Shown piece by piece: positions 50,266 to 63,764 of a DNA stretch of 64,000 nucleotides. The DNA comes from Kondoa subrosea (taxonomy: Eukaryota). The notes beneath the pieces are model-generated. The model made no database searches, was not told the DNA's origin, and saw nothing but the letters and a program-made list of their open reading frames with translations. Made by a program: the position numbers and the translations under genes. The DNA is taken from contig BCIN01000002.1 of the NCBI GenBank assembly GCA_039545335.1, positions 2,820,678 to 2,884,677 of the forward strand, written 5' to 3'. Each line of letters starts with the position of its first letter. Positions within the stretch are counted from its first letter, which is position 1.

Positions 50266-52822
50266 TCAACCCAAAGACCAAATCTTAACAGTACAGCTAT
50301 AGCACCAAAGTCAGCACCAACAGGAATGAGCAAAGAAGAGGCGCGCACTCCTTTGATCCAGTAGCCAAATACCGATCCATGAACCTCAGCCTTTCTGCGG
50401 GGCCCGTATGTCCATTCAACACAAGAGTATCGTTTTGCAAGGTAGTACGGTTATATACCTGTCTTTGGATCAGCCTGATGGTGAGAACGAAGATTGAAAG
50501 AACTTACAGTAGCTCCATTTTCACCAGCAGCAGTGACGATTTTCCTCGAATCGAATTGCAAAGCAGTAATAGGACCATCATAGCGAATCGTTTCTTCTAT
50601 CGCACCTGTTCTGAGATCCCATCTTCTGATTGATTTATCCAAAGATCCAGAGATGAGGTATTGTTCATCGAATTGAAGGCAAGTGACTGGCATAGTATGA
50701 CCAACTAGCGTTCTATGCGTTTGACCAGTTCTCACTATTTCCACATATTTAGTCAGGTTCTCGATGCTTTAGCACAAGAGGAACGACTTACTGTCCCACA
50801 TCCGTACACAGCCATCTGCACTTCCGCTAGCTAAAGCATAACCCCAGAATTGAACACCACCAACAAAATCTTGATACATATCCCATGATCCATCAGCAGC
50901 GAAAGCAGGTACAGGAGCAAATGGATCATCTGCGTCGTTCAGTATAAAGTTTTGCGAAGAAAGTCTACGTAGATTATCGCCTAGAGAAGGACGTTTGGAT
51001 TTAGTTGGTGAACTTGCAGCGGGTGAACCGAAAGGATAAGATTGTCTTGTTGTTCTTGATGCGGAAGGTGAGGCAGGAGGAGAAGTAAGAGTTTGAGGAT
51101 TTGATATAGCCCAAAGTATATCCATCGTTACAACACATTGACCAGTAGTCATATCCCATTGCCGTAGTGTTTTGTCAGAAGAGCCAGTGACCTACAGTTA
51201 ATTAATCCTGTGCATCGGTAAGTATACATCGTGAGAGTGACTCACCAAGCAATTCTCATCGAAATAAAGACAGGTCACATCTTTCGTATGAGCATCCAAG
51301 CTCTTCACACAAGCTCCACCTCCACCTTCTTCTTCTTCAGAGACCGTGGCCAAAGTATCTTGACCCAGCAAAGCGCCTTCTTCCGCTTTATCCAAATCCC
51401 AAATCATGATTTTCCCATCACTTCCACCAGTCACGCAAACATTAGATTCGACTTGTAAAGCTTTGACAGGTCCAACATGTCCTTCTAAAGTGGTGATTTG
51501 ATCTCCCGTTGTCAAATCCCATATCCGAACGGAATCATCGGCACCACTTTGAGTTAAGGATGATGGGTTGGAAGAAGATAAGCCAGATGCAGTAACACAT
51601 AAACCGTATGGTTCTGAGAAGTCAAGAGCGGTTATGGGTGACTCGTGACCATTTAAGGTAAGGAAAGCGACGTTCTTCGGTAGGGAATCGTGTTCGGAAG
51701 GTAGGAAAGCTGGACCTTTACGTCGACGAGATGTCGAGGGAGCGCGCGCGTTCGCTGTGTTTGCAGATGCTGGTAGAGATGTAGAAGAGGAGCTCGTTGC
51801 TGATAAGGCTATATGCGACAATCGTTCTTGTACGCCTTCGACTGTACATCACTTTAGCGCATTTGACAAGTTATTCTGCCAAACTCACGCTCGTCATCCA
51901 GTTCTAATTCTTCTTCCCTGAGTCGTAGGATTCCTCGCTTGAGGTCTGCTCTTATTGCTTCAAGTGCTGATATTTTCGCATCAACCTGAGATATTTCACC
52001 GGTGAGCAGAACTCTTCTGACGCCGAGATTTGCTCTGTCCGCTTCGATTTCCCTGACTTCCTCTTGCAGCTCTTCAGGAGTCATGGTCTCCAATACAGAC
52101 TGATCTTCAGCTTGAGCTGCATAGTTCATAGCAGCCATAGATTTCCTTCCACCTTTCTTGTATTTCCTTTTGCTTGTCGGAGTAGAAGGCATAGAAGCTC
52201 TCCTGCTAGATCCACCTAACATTCCCGAACTACTCATTCCATCCGGTACATCCTCTTCCTCAATGATGGAATCTTGCAACAATCCTCTTGCAGCATTTGA
52301 TTTCGCTCGAAGTCCAATTGAAGGATCGATACCAAGATGAGCTTCGATAAGACCAGCTCGTTTCTTTCTTCTGTTTGATTTCGCTGTAGCTGCTGCAGGT
52401 GCAGTAGCGTTGAATCCAGCTAAAAGAGATACATTGCCTGAAGCTGCCGAACTTCCTTCGATAGTTGGAAGCGATGAACCAGAAGCAGAAGGGACAGGTA
52501 AAGATAAGAGTTCATCTACTTGTTCCAAGATAGCCAAGTCTAGTGAATTCGCGCTGCTTGAAGATCTTGAACTAGGTAGCAAAAGTCTAGAGGGAGCTCG
52601 ACCGATAGCCACCAAGGCTTGAGTAATAGCTGAATCACCATGTCTTGTGACTACATTAGCAGAAGTATTGGCCAAACGTGAGGCTGAATGCAAGATTCGG
52701 TGTTGAAGCAATGGACCAGAGAGATCTGCCAATATTGTTTGCGCAGACTCCCTGTTGGAAGTGCTGCTCGTCAAGAGAGCTCGAACACCAGCAGGCAGCG
52801 ACCTCTGCTGATGATCACTCAT
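50266..52822 (-). CDS. MDV1: Mitochondrial fission adaptor Mdv1/Caf4 (coiled coil + WD40)
   Basis: Coiled coil with [37 protein letters not shown] repeats, [15 protein letters not shown] and RTLVGHT. Confidence 0.93.
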
Positions 52823-52883
52823 GCGCGAGAGTATCGATGACTTGAAATTATTTCACGCTTGTCGGTCGTTCTGATTCAACGAT

Positions 52884-53715
52884 ATGGGAGGTGCTAAGAG
52901 TCTTCGGGAAGTCTTCAAAGAGGCGAGCAGCATCGTTCCGCAGCTGCCTCAACGAGCAGCTCCAATTTCTCCAGCGGCCCGGAAACTTGCTGGTCTTCGA
53001 AGTCGCATCGCTGGCATTCAACGGATTCCTGACTCTACTGTCATCCTGCCTTCTACTTTACAATCTGTATCGATCTCGTATGGCAAGAACTCTTCTTCTC
53101 ACATTTCTTCGCGTATCTTTGCGTATGTCTGGGTCTCACGATCGAGTCTTTCGTGTTCTTATGTTCGGCTATAGGAAGAACAACCTCAGTCAGCTCATGT
53201 TTCACAACCCCAAGATCAACATCAGTACTGTCGTAACTGGAGCTCGCTCGAAGGAGGAAGTCGATCCTTCTTTGTCATTGACTTTCCGTACGTCTCTTCT
53301 TCCTTCATGCTCAACTGACTCTCCCGCTCATCGATCATTGTAGTTGGTGGAAAGACTATGTTATTGCCGATCAAAGGCAAATTTCCTGTATTTCATCTCG
53401 AATACTTCTGTTTCGATGCATCTCTGAAAACTGTCTTAAATTGGATAGAAGGAGATTCTGGCAACTCTCAAATCAGCAGCAGCAGATCCAGTAGGCTATC
53501 AAGCAGAACAAGCACCTTATCAACCCCGTACTTTAGCTATTGGTGCTGCTGAGCCTGAATCAGCTGAAGAGGGTCAAGGTCAAGCTGAAGGTGAAGAGAA
53601 AGCGAACGAAGCGATTGCTATTGAAGGCAAGGAAGACAAAGAGGAGATTGGGTTGGATGGTCAGCCTTTGAAAAAGGGCAACAAGGGCGAAGCCAATGAA
53701 GGTCCAGGAGTCTAA
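52884..53715 (+). CDS. MRP49: Mitochondrial large-subunit ribosomal protein mL61 (Mrp49-like)
   Basis: ILPSTLQSVSISY..SHISSRIFA|KNNLSQLMFHNPKINI resembles the L51/S25/CI-B8 domain of Mrp49; acidic tail. Confidence 0.6.
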
Positions 53716-53816
53716 AGAGTGCCGCGGAGGGAAAAATTATCGAAAGCTTGTAGTCAAATGTATCTATGTGCAGATCTTTGTGCCGTTATTACGATTTGTA
53801 GCTGTTTCTGATCTGT

Positions 53817-56020
53817 CTACAGCAATACCATTGCTTTTGCTTCTTCCCATTCTAGCAGCTCACAATCTATTTTAGCATCTCCGCTCTCATACACCAAGCA
53901 TGAGAACTCCATAGGATCCGGATCTCCGTTACTTAACGCAATAAGAGGATGGTGCCAAATGTTTGGATGATATGAAATGCCTTGAGCTGAACTAGCTAAG
54001 AATGCTCGGAGTGTCTTGAAATCAGGTTGCCCATCTGTTTGTGACAGAAGCGAGATCAGTCTAATAAACGACTGTCTTATTCAATCATCACAAACCTTGA
54101 CCAGGTAAGCACACAATGACCAAATACTTTGCTTCTTTCCCACTTCCACCCATGGGAACGAAAGCTTGACTACTGTACTCATGCCTTTCTAGCGCTTCAA
54201 CAGGCCACATATTTGTTCCTAGTGGACTAGTCTGTTTATCGCATTGAAAGATACAGAAATTCAATTCCGCTTTCACACTTGAATGAGAATAAGTCACTGG
54301 AGCCAGATGATTGTATTTGAGTGCAGTGCCGAAATTGACACTTTTGACTTTGACTCCACCTCGAGTAGAAGCAACTAAAGTTCTAGCATCGTCTTCGAAT
54401 GAAGTAGGTGTAGATCGCGCAAAAGTTTCAATCACTTGTCCATATGAAGAGAAAGCAGTCGAAGTGAGAGGCAGAGCTGGGATTTGAGGAACGGGAGAAG
54501 CAGCAATGGGGGCCATGAGAGTTGTTTCTGAAGGTTGAGAAGTAGGCATAGCGGGAAGTGACTTTTGAGCAGGATCAGGATTCGGGATGGCTTGCTGATT
54601 TGAAGAGGATGATGATGGCAGAGCCCTTCGACCGATCAGACGAACTCGCTTGATGCCACCATCTAATTGATCATCAGCAGTGAGACATTCTTAACAACAG
54701 CAGACCAACCTGGATGTATGACTAGCTTGACATGCGTTACAGGTGAATCGGAAGGGAATGGTTCAAGCTGGAAGAAATGCTGTTGATGCGGCTTCAGTTT
54801 AGTTTGAGGTAAGATGGGTTTCCAATCTGAATTCGAGGCGGGCAGCTCCTGTTCAAAGTGATCAAAGATCTAGCTACTTATATAGCAGTCATTCGTCATC
54901 ACGAACCTCGGAGCTCGATAATGCAAATAATTCGCAACTCTGAGGGAAATTGCCAACGAAATGAATGGTATCGATTTCAGTCCATTGCAGGACTCCAGGT
55001 GCACCTCTGCTACATTGTCAGATCAAGAAGTCGCACTTAATTAAGTGCTCACAGCTTGATAATAGCCCAATCGTTGTGTCCTGGTAAGCGACTTCTCTTC
55101 GTCTCCCAACCATCGCCCATCTATACTCAATCAGCTCTAAGTCTCGCACATATGACAAGACGCACATCCTTCCCTCTACCAGGCAATAACAAATTTGGTC
55201 CTACTCCGAAATGCTGATCGCTAACAGCAACAACTCTTCCCCCATTGAGAACATATGCCAAATCAATAGCAGCTGATTCTTGACCTTCAACAGGAGGAAG
55301 CGGAATAACATGACCATAAGCGCGGAAACGAGCGATACCACCATCTGGATACATTGAAAGTTTGAGGTGCGTTGCTGGTTTGCTTGCAGACGGAAGCTGG
55401 AATAAATGACGAGATGAAGGTCCCAAAGGTGTTCGACTGCTCAAATCATTAGAAGAGTGGCAATCGGAGATACGAACCTTACGGCAAGAGTTCTTCCCAC
55501 TGTAGAGAAGTCAGCTATGCACACAGCTGGAATCGGAAAAGACTTACTTCGCTATCATCAGGTGCGGGAACATTATCAGGCATATAGACAGCATGGACAG
55601 ACGCAGCAGGTCCTTCGTTCCCATTAAAGTTAGCAGTGTCGATATCAAAGCCCAACAGAGTTCCAGCAGCGCCTAAGCGGATGATAGCCCTGTCCAATAT
55701 GAGCCTGATTCTTGTTTTACAGCAGAAGAACATACCAATCATAAGTAGGGCAGTGTCTGCGTGTTTCCCAGCCATCAAAGAGTGCTCCTTTTGGACCAAA
55801 TTGACCTTTCATGCTCACAGCAGGCTTATCATTGCTTATCAGATTCGACCCGACACAAGACGCGACTTGCAAGGCTTACAGCTACTTTGAGTAGATCTGA
55901 AGCAGGTGCAAAGAATTCATCACTGCACGAGACGACAGAAGCTCCCAATGCGACACTCGACAGCTCGACTAGCGACCCAAAGGTCTGGCTGAAGTCTTGG
56001 AGCGGAATTGATTTGGCCAT
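53817..56020 (-). CDS. DAL2: Allantoicase fused to ureidoglycolate lyase
   Basis: Two allantoicase repeats ([48 protein letters not shown]) run in frame into ureidoglycolate lyase motifs ([49 protein letters not shown]). Confidence 0.93.
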
Positions 56021-56420
56021 TTGGATTGGATCTAGCAATGTTATTTATACTCGTGCTGGCGGGGCAGATGGTGCTGGTGCAGGGTCGAAACAAATTAATG
56101 CATTCAGAAGCAGCTGTCTTCCACCGACAAGGATCTTCTCTCGCCGACTCTCGCAGTCGTCTACTCTAAAGCATACAGATTCTCATTTCACGGAAGCTTG
56201 AAGACTCAGTCGCTTGGCCGGTGCCATCTGTTAATCGAGGGAAACTCCAAGCTTGCCAGTGAAGGCATTTTCTCCGCTACTCTAGTCTTTATCCCTTCTC
56301 TCTCTATCTGCTCTTCTTGAAACTCGTATTCGTTCATTGCGATTAAACACGTTTGTCCGTGTATGCACTCGATTATGTAATGGCTGAAACACCCTCTTAC
56401 GGTTCTGCGACAGTGCAAAT

Positions 56421-58340
56421 ATGCCTTTAATGGACTCCACGGGTGTCAAAGTCAGTGTGCATGTTGGTGGAAAGAAGGCAAAAGAGTATAACATCCGAGA
56501 GCTTGAAGACGACGAGCATTCAATTTGCTACATTGAAGCTCAGATTGGCAAACAATTCGTCGTGAAGCTGTTCAATAGTGATTACAATGTTCACGCCGAG
56601 ATACATCGATGGGCAGAAACAGGCTACCGATTATATTGGACCTGAATTCATTTGCCCGTTTGATGGGCGAATCAATGGTGCTAAACTACAATCTTTTATA
56701 TTCACCAAGTGCGTTATTCAGCTCTGAAGAGTTCCGTATGCTAAGTCGAACATACAGAATTGCTTTGACAGGTGCAGATTTCTATGATACTCCTAAATTC
56801 TCGCTGATCTGTTGGCAGACGACGAAAGTATAGCTTGCACTAACAAATGTATCTTAAACAATCTGGGCACAACTGCGAACTATCTCACAATTCATCATCG
56901 GCACCTGCTCACTCTCTGCTAGTTCAAGTCAAGTTATGGCGCATAAAAAGCCTGATGACGTCCCAAAAGATATACAAAGTAAGCTGCCGAGCGAGCCTTA
57001 GTCTTCTATAGTACTGATATGAGAACTTTGACAGCTGCCTCGTAGAGAAGAAGATCTTGATGATCTAGATACCGATGAGCTCCTACCGCCCAGCGCGATT
57101 TTCAACGAGAATGACAAGAAAGTCGAACTCGCAGCTGTGTCAGTCGACCCTAGTCTTTGGCCCGTACTGGCTGATAATCGTGTAGGGTGGGTTACGGTCG
57201 AGCTCAGAAGATCAGAGGAACCGTTGCTTCTATGAAAGTAGAAGTAGGTGAATATATCGACAAAGACGACAACTTCCCTTGGTGCACCTTCACCTTCAAA
57301 TATCGTACAGCTGGTATGTTTTCGGGCTGTCTGTCAAGTTCTGGAGATCTTATGGTGTGTGCAGACTTCCTTGGCTCATACGGATACAAACCTCCACTGG
57401 CTTCCGCAAATCGCGCAGCTTCTGTGGCTGAAGGTGATTCCGATGCACACGACTCTAACAAGAAGCGCAAGCGCAAAGTGAACCCACTGCCCACTAATTC
57501 TACATCCTCTAATCGGGCTGCTTCTGCTCGGGACACCGTCCAACCTGAAAGACCAGTCTCTCGAAAGTCACCCGCCATGTTGGAGAGTCCGATCTCCAGC
57601 CCAGTTTCATCTCCATATTCATATTTACTTCGTGATTCCCAGGACGACCAGGCCTCTAGCTCGGATTACTCTCAATCTTCTTGTTCACCTTCTCTTGAAC
57701 CATCGACTTATCCTTTAAGTCATCGACAATCTGCTGCAGAAGGTTCGCATTCAGCCAATACTCCCGCTCCAAAGAATACCAGTCCGCAATCTCCTTCTTT
57801 CGTTCCTTCATCTCCTGTTGCAAAAGATCCGACTGTTGGTCACGATCAACCTGTAGTCAAAGCTGAATCACCTATGTCGGAGATCTCTGCTCAATCAAGT
57901 TCAATTGCGCCCCGGTTCGCGGACTCTTCCATATCTCAAGCTGTCAGTCATTCTTCGCGCGAATGCCAACCAGGCATAGTGAAGCCAGAATCTCCCACGT
58001 CAACACCTTTTCGGCAAGGTTCAATCAGACCGAAAGCTGAACCTCGTGACTCAACTATCGCAGAATCTTCCAAACTACTGGAGCTACGAGAACAGCTGGC
58101 TGAAGCGAATCGAAAAGCAGCCGTATACCAAAGAGAGTTGGAAGAGGAAGAGGAAAACGAGCGAGAGCGGAAGAGAGTGAAGCTCGACACCGAAGAGCAG
58201 GATCTGGCCATGAGAAGGCTACAGAATCAATTGAACAGAAATAAACCGAAAGAGGTGAGTCTTGTCATGCGTCATCTCCGTCGAGGCAAAGCTTGGTAGG
58301 GAACGAACAGATCGTTGAGATTTCAGATGATGAAGATTGA
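56421..58340 (+). pseudogene. Fungal DUF7918-like gene with apparent frameshift and splice-donor lesion
   Basis: Family-like motifs KEY, CYIEAQIGKQF, YIDG, LGTIQV and PWCTFTFKYR. YIDG is out of frame with the first ORF at ~56601, and intron 56873-56922 begins CT rather than GT. Confidence 0.6.
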
Positions 58341-58475
58341 TTTGGTGGCTTGAGTGTCAATGCAGCCAGCAATTACCGTTGAGAGAGAACTTTGAATATA
58401 TAAGAGTGTTGATGTAGTGTGGGATTGAGATTGTATTCTGACTCGGCAGCAAAGTTGCACAATATCAGGAAAAAC

Positions 58476-60443
58476 CTATGAAACTGCTCTTTCTGCCCAG
58501 TTCCGCAGCTCGCTTGCGTACAGGTCCAGCTTTATCTGAGACATGCTAGCCTCATCAATAAAGCAATCGAGTATAAGTTCTCCGTTCCACTCTGCACAAA
58601 CAGTATCAGAGACATTCTGCATTTCTGAAGCGTACCTACCCCAGACCGAAAGAAAGAGTCGACCTAGACTACTTGCGTGACTTTGTCGCGGATCTTCAGC
58701 TGTCCAGTTGTTGGTGTTGCTGAAAGCGGAAGGCACATAATCGGTCATTTTTCCAGGCGATGAGTAGAAAGTCCCAATTTCTTTAGCATCAAAGTAACCT
58801 TGATCCACTGTAAATGGAAGATTCAGATAACAATTGACACCGGGCAAGTATCAATTTACACATCTTCGGATATATCTCGCTGCAGAATCGAGGTGTATGT
58901 TTGAGTGAACCTTCGTCGTTCTGAATCCGAACGTCATATACGAATAGGAAGAAGGGATAGGTCGACACACCTTTGCTGCATTCAAGTCTTTCTTGGCTGC
59001 CGCAGCAAATTCCCACAGTTTGGCAATCGACTCGGGTGCTTTTGGTGATTTCAGTACTGCCAAAGCTTCTACAGCATCACACGATATATTTTCAACGATG
59101 ACTGTTTCGCTTTCTCATTAAACCTGGTGAACCGTCGTGGGTAAGAGATGCACTAACGCGCAGGAGAAAAGTAGTTGGCAGGACCGCCAAACTCTTCCTT
59201 CACCCTGAAACGAGAGTCAATAGGTGCACCACCAATGAGAAGAGTCTTCGACGCTTCTAGTCGTGTAATAGAATCTGGATAATCGAAGGAGACCAAAGCG
59301 AGTACTGAAAGAATCGAAAAAAGCGACCCTATTCCAGACTGCTTTTGGCGACAAGCAGCAACAAGCTTCTTCGTATCTTCACGTCCATAACGGATTTGAC
59401 TTTTCAGCATAGGGATCATGTTGTCTGGGCCAGACTTCACCGCTTGGAAAGAAATTGTTGGACCGACATAAGCAGGCTGGAAAGATCAGGAGCGCACGAC
59501 TTTCTCAAGCAGATCGTACTGACCATAATTGCAGCTATTCCAGTCATGAAGCTACCAACAACTTCCTCATATCCCGGAACCGTGTTCAAGACACCCTCTG
59601 ATTCAAATTTGCGTACGCCAGCAGCTACAACCTGTTGGAAGTCAGGGTTGTTTCTTAAGCTAATTGATCGCACCTACAAAAGCTGGCTGCAGATTGGCGA
59701 TTTCTTTCCCCCATTCCAGCGGAGCGGTCGGCCTTTCGAGGAATCGCAACATCTGCTCATACAGCATGAACAAGCCTCTGCCGTCTGTAATCCAATGACC
59801 AATAGTGAAGCTTCGTTGCGAAGAATCAGCTTCCTCTCCTTATTAAAATTCGAAGGTGCTTACAATAGGTGAAAGCTAGAACAGTCTCCCTCATTATCGG
59901 GCGCATATTTGATGATGGCCTGGTACCCATCGTTCGGTTTGACAGTAAAGCCGAACACTTGCTCGTAGAGTCGATCAGCACTCATGGCTCCTTGATTCAG
60001 GACAGTGTAGTCGACCCATTCCTTGATCGAGCTTTTGTCTGCTGGTGTGTAGGAGAGTTTCCAGGTCGACGGATCATCCCAATTAGTGACAGTCCCTCTT
60101 GCAGCTATTTCAGGGAATCGATAACGTAAACGGGACCAAGCTGATTTGAGCTGTTCATCGAAAGCTTTGGTGGAAAGAGGCATCTTTGTGCGGAAAGTGA
60201 TCTGACCACCTGCGAGTCTTATGTTAGAACACTACGCATCATCGCTGCGATTGTACCTACCAGGAACAATGTTTGGGCCAGGTCGACTGAATGTCGGCTC
60301 AGAGTCAGTGCTGGAGAATATTGATATGATCACTGGACTTGCCTGCAATAGAAGAGTACAGATTCGTGTCCGCAGAACGCGCGCTCGAATGAGCCGTCTG
60401 CCTGGACGGTCCAGCCTTTTTCAGCTAAACTTGTAGTTGGCAT
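58476..60443 (-). CDS. CoA-dependent acyltransferase (Tri3 / condensation-like, HxxxDG)
   Basis: WTVQADGSFERAFCGHE, AWSRLRYRFPEIA, catalytic HWITDGRG, LEWGKEIANL and SSPG. Confidence 0.75.
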
Positions 60444-60769
60444 ATCCGGATTATAGATAATAAAGCAGAAGAGATGGAGAGACAAAAGCACACATGAAGC
60501 AGGGATAGGAGCAAGCTCGCACAGTCAGCTCCATGACTAAGCTTTCTGAAAGAACCTAGCGCGTTCACACAAGAAGTTTCGGGAGAAAAAACAGTGACTG
60601 TGCACTTCCGGAGAGGGGCCAGAGCATGGATACTGTATGTGGTTTTGCTATGAGCTCTTGGCGACGAGGTGACACAAGTCAGGTATTTGTCAAGAAGTGG
60701 TGATTTTGCTCGAATGCAGCATGGCATCTTTGAATTAGGTAAGCAGGATCATTTGAGCAACTCAGCATG

Positions 60770-61911
60770 CTAAGTACATAGCTTCCTAGCATCGCGCTTA
60801 CGTGCCTTCTCGATGATAATTTCGAGAGCATGAGCCTGGAGACCGTGTTTATTCGGGTCAGATTGACAGAGCATTTATGCGACTCACCTGAATGTCCCAA
60901 ACGCCTTTGACTAAAGGAGCACCCCGATCTACTAGACCACTCGCAACCGCTTCCTCTTCCTCCTCAACACTTTCTAGGGCAATTCCACATCCTTCTTCCC
61001 TCAATTTAAGCAGCCTCTCAACTTTTGCTTCGTACTCGCACGTCAGATTTGCAAATTCTTGCGTTCTGGTCTTGACACCTTGCATGAGAATGTAGAAAGA
61101 ATGATGTTTCGCCCACACAATAGTCGGTTTAAAGCATTGCAGGTGAGCACAAATGGTTGACAATTGATCGAGACGTCTCATGACCGAGATCCATTCTGCT
61201 TTATGATCTTTGATCATGATTTGACCACCTTCCTTGACTGAACGAAGAGCCATAAAGAGTTGAGAATAGTAGAGAATCTCATAATGAATTTGTTGGGCTT
61301 TAGCTGAACCGAATTCATTTAGTTGCTCTTCAGTATCTGATTTTAGACTATCATTGGGTTTGCGAAGTAAATGAGCATCACCGATAACCAGACACATCTT
61401 ATGAGCTGGAGGAAGAGATAGCAGAGGCTGGCGCGTAATATCGATGTATTGGAGCAAAAAGCGCTGGAGCAGCCAAGGTCGTAGAGTACAAGCATGACCA
61501 CCTTCATCTTCTGGAAGAGAGAAACCGATACTTTGAGCACTTTTTTGATGTTCGAGAATGTAGGCAGAAAAAGAGCCAGGAAGACAACCGATATCCAAGA
61601 ATCGATCTATGCGGTACGAGAAGAAATCTGTTTTCTCTTCGATGTCATACATGACTTGCTTTGTAGTGTGAAAGATACCATTCTTGCCGTCTTTAGGTTT
61701 ATAGGTTCGACCTTCTTCTCGCTTGATTCGATAAGTTCTATTTAATTCATCCAGTCGCCATCCCTATGTATGATCAGTTGGCTAATTTTGGTCATCAGAC
61801 TTAAACATCGCTCACTTCAGCCCGGACTCGGTCCAAGCGAATGAACTCCGGTACAGCCAAAACTTCCAAAAGATGTCGCTTGATAGGTCGCAAAGGAGTA
61901 AGCTCGTTCAT
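60770..61911 (-). CDS. FtsJ-like SAM-dependent methyltransferase domain protein
   Basis: FLDIGCLPGSFSAYIL (SAM motif), SQLFMALRSVKEGG and FKP..HSFY. The last exon is inferred (alternative stop at 60858). Confidence 0.75.
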
Positions 61912-62299
61912 TTTGGTTGAGAGAAGAGAGCTCAGACCACAGATGACGCCGGAGAAGAAAATTAGAAACATCGATACTGCGGGCGAATGCAAGATTTACG
62001 CAAATTAGTCGGCCTAACCGATACTGCAATCTGTACACCTCGTCAGATTCAAAATGCTGAAAGAGAGGGGGACAAAATGTAGAGACGGAAAACTACGAGT
62101 GTGGCAAGAAGAAACCAATGGAACTTTGAGGGAAAAGAGTAAGCAAAGTGATGGAGAGCAAGAGAGCAATTAATCATGGGCAGCAGCGATGATTCACGGT
62201 GACAATGACTTATGTTATTGCTGGGACTACCAAGAAAGATTAGATAGCGGACAGTGAATACAGGAATACCACTTACAATGCACTGCTTCCAATTCCCTG

Positions 62300-63211
62300 T
62301 CAAGCAGCAAATGGAGAAGACACATTCTTCCAACTATCGCTTTCTCCAATTTGTCGACCATTAGCTACCTCAAACCCTTTCCTCGCTTCATAAGCCTGAC
62401 CACAATACTCCTTGATCCACTTCTCATATTTCCTTTTGCTCAACCAACGTGCTTGATCTACTCCTTCACCATCACAGGAATCAAGTATATCGCTACAGTA
62501 TTCCCTCACTCCTTCGAAATGTTGAAGTGAAAGATCTTTCCCATCTTTTCGAGCTATTATAGCACTGCCTATTCTACCTGCTTGATATTGCATAGGAGCG
62601 AATCCAGATCTGTCACGTTCCATCACGTCTCTACTACGTTACTGTAGTGTTGAGTAGTGGGACTGACTTTGGATCAATCATCATCCATGTGACTGTAATG
62701 TTACCTAGATCAGCGGGTTCTGAACTCTTTGTTCCATCTTGCCAGATCCGAAGAGGGAATTCGATCTGAATCATCTTTTGATCAGCATTCTATGAAGTCA
62801 TCCAAGAGGTAGAATTGATTCACCAAACTAGACACAGGCGAGATTGGAGCAGAAAAGACTGGATGATCTTTAGGTAGGTATTGAAATAGGGAACCAAGAA
62901 GCTGGTCTAGTCCTTTGACTAGATCACAACTCAATCAGCGTTGACTAGTATTCCCTGTACGTGACGGCTCACTCCGCTGCACAAGGTACTCGAACAGCAA
63001 GTACTCTATCAGGATTCGGCGACAGATCTTCAGTATAAGTCAACGGCGGTGAAGAAGCAGAAGCAAAAGAATAGCTTGGGACTGTAGAAGCTGTGTAGCC
63101 TGGTTTCGCTGATGATGATAACGAAGTGGAAGGAATAGTATAAGCTGTCTCTTCTTCGTCTGCATCCAAGTCTAGGTTGTCCCATCTGGAGTAATTGAGC
63201 TTGGAAGTCAT
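62300..63211 (-). CDS. Conserved hypothetical protein (family often associated with MYND fingers)
   Basis: LNYSRWDNLD N-terminus; HPVF..ISPVS, NITVTWMMIDP..GFAPMQYQ..IGSAIIARKDGKDL. Confidence 0.65.
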
Positions 63212-63764
63212 CTTGTGAAGAGCACAGTCTGCTTATAGACGATACAAAGAGCGCGGCTTCTGCGACTCGTCGTTTACGAAAAATGACAGATTGATAGCAA
63301 GAGCGCGTCTCCTTGATAAGAGGCAGGCCGGCTTTACGTGGCATAGTGACCCAGGTATGATAGCAGGAATCCAGGGGTATATCCAGCTGAAAGCAGCATC
63401 ACGATATAAGGTCCAGCATCGTTGATTTTGGTTGCTCTTGAACAACCTGCATCGGTCTCGCGATCTCTTCGCCTCAGCCTGGTATAGCTACTCCAACAAC
63501 TCACAACAGAGAGGAGTCCACCTCTTTGGCTATCCCCTTCGCGTCGGAAACTTCGGCGGATCACGGCTATTGTATTTCCTGTGATTGTTGGCTTCCAAGC
63601 CTTTTCGCTCCCCTTCCTGGTGCTACACATTTGGTGTACATCTATCTAGCACTCTTCTGTTTCTGCTCTCCTTTCCGAAACCTTTCTGCACTGTAGCTCC
63701 TTTGACATTCCCGCTACTTTTAACTCGGCTCCCAGTTTCTTGAACATCACTAGAGAATAACAAC

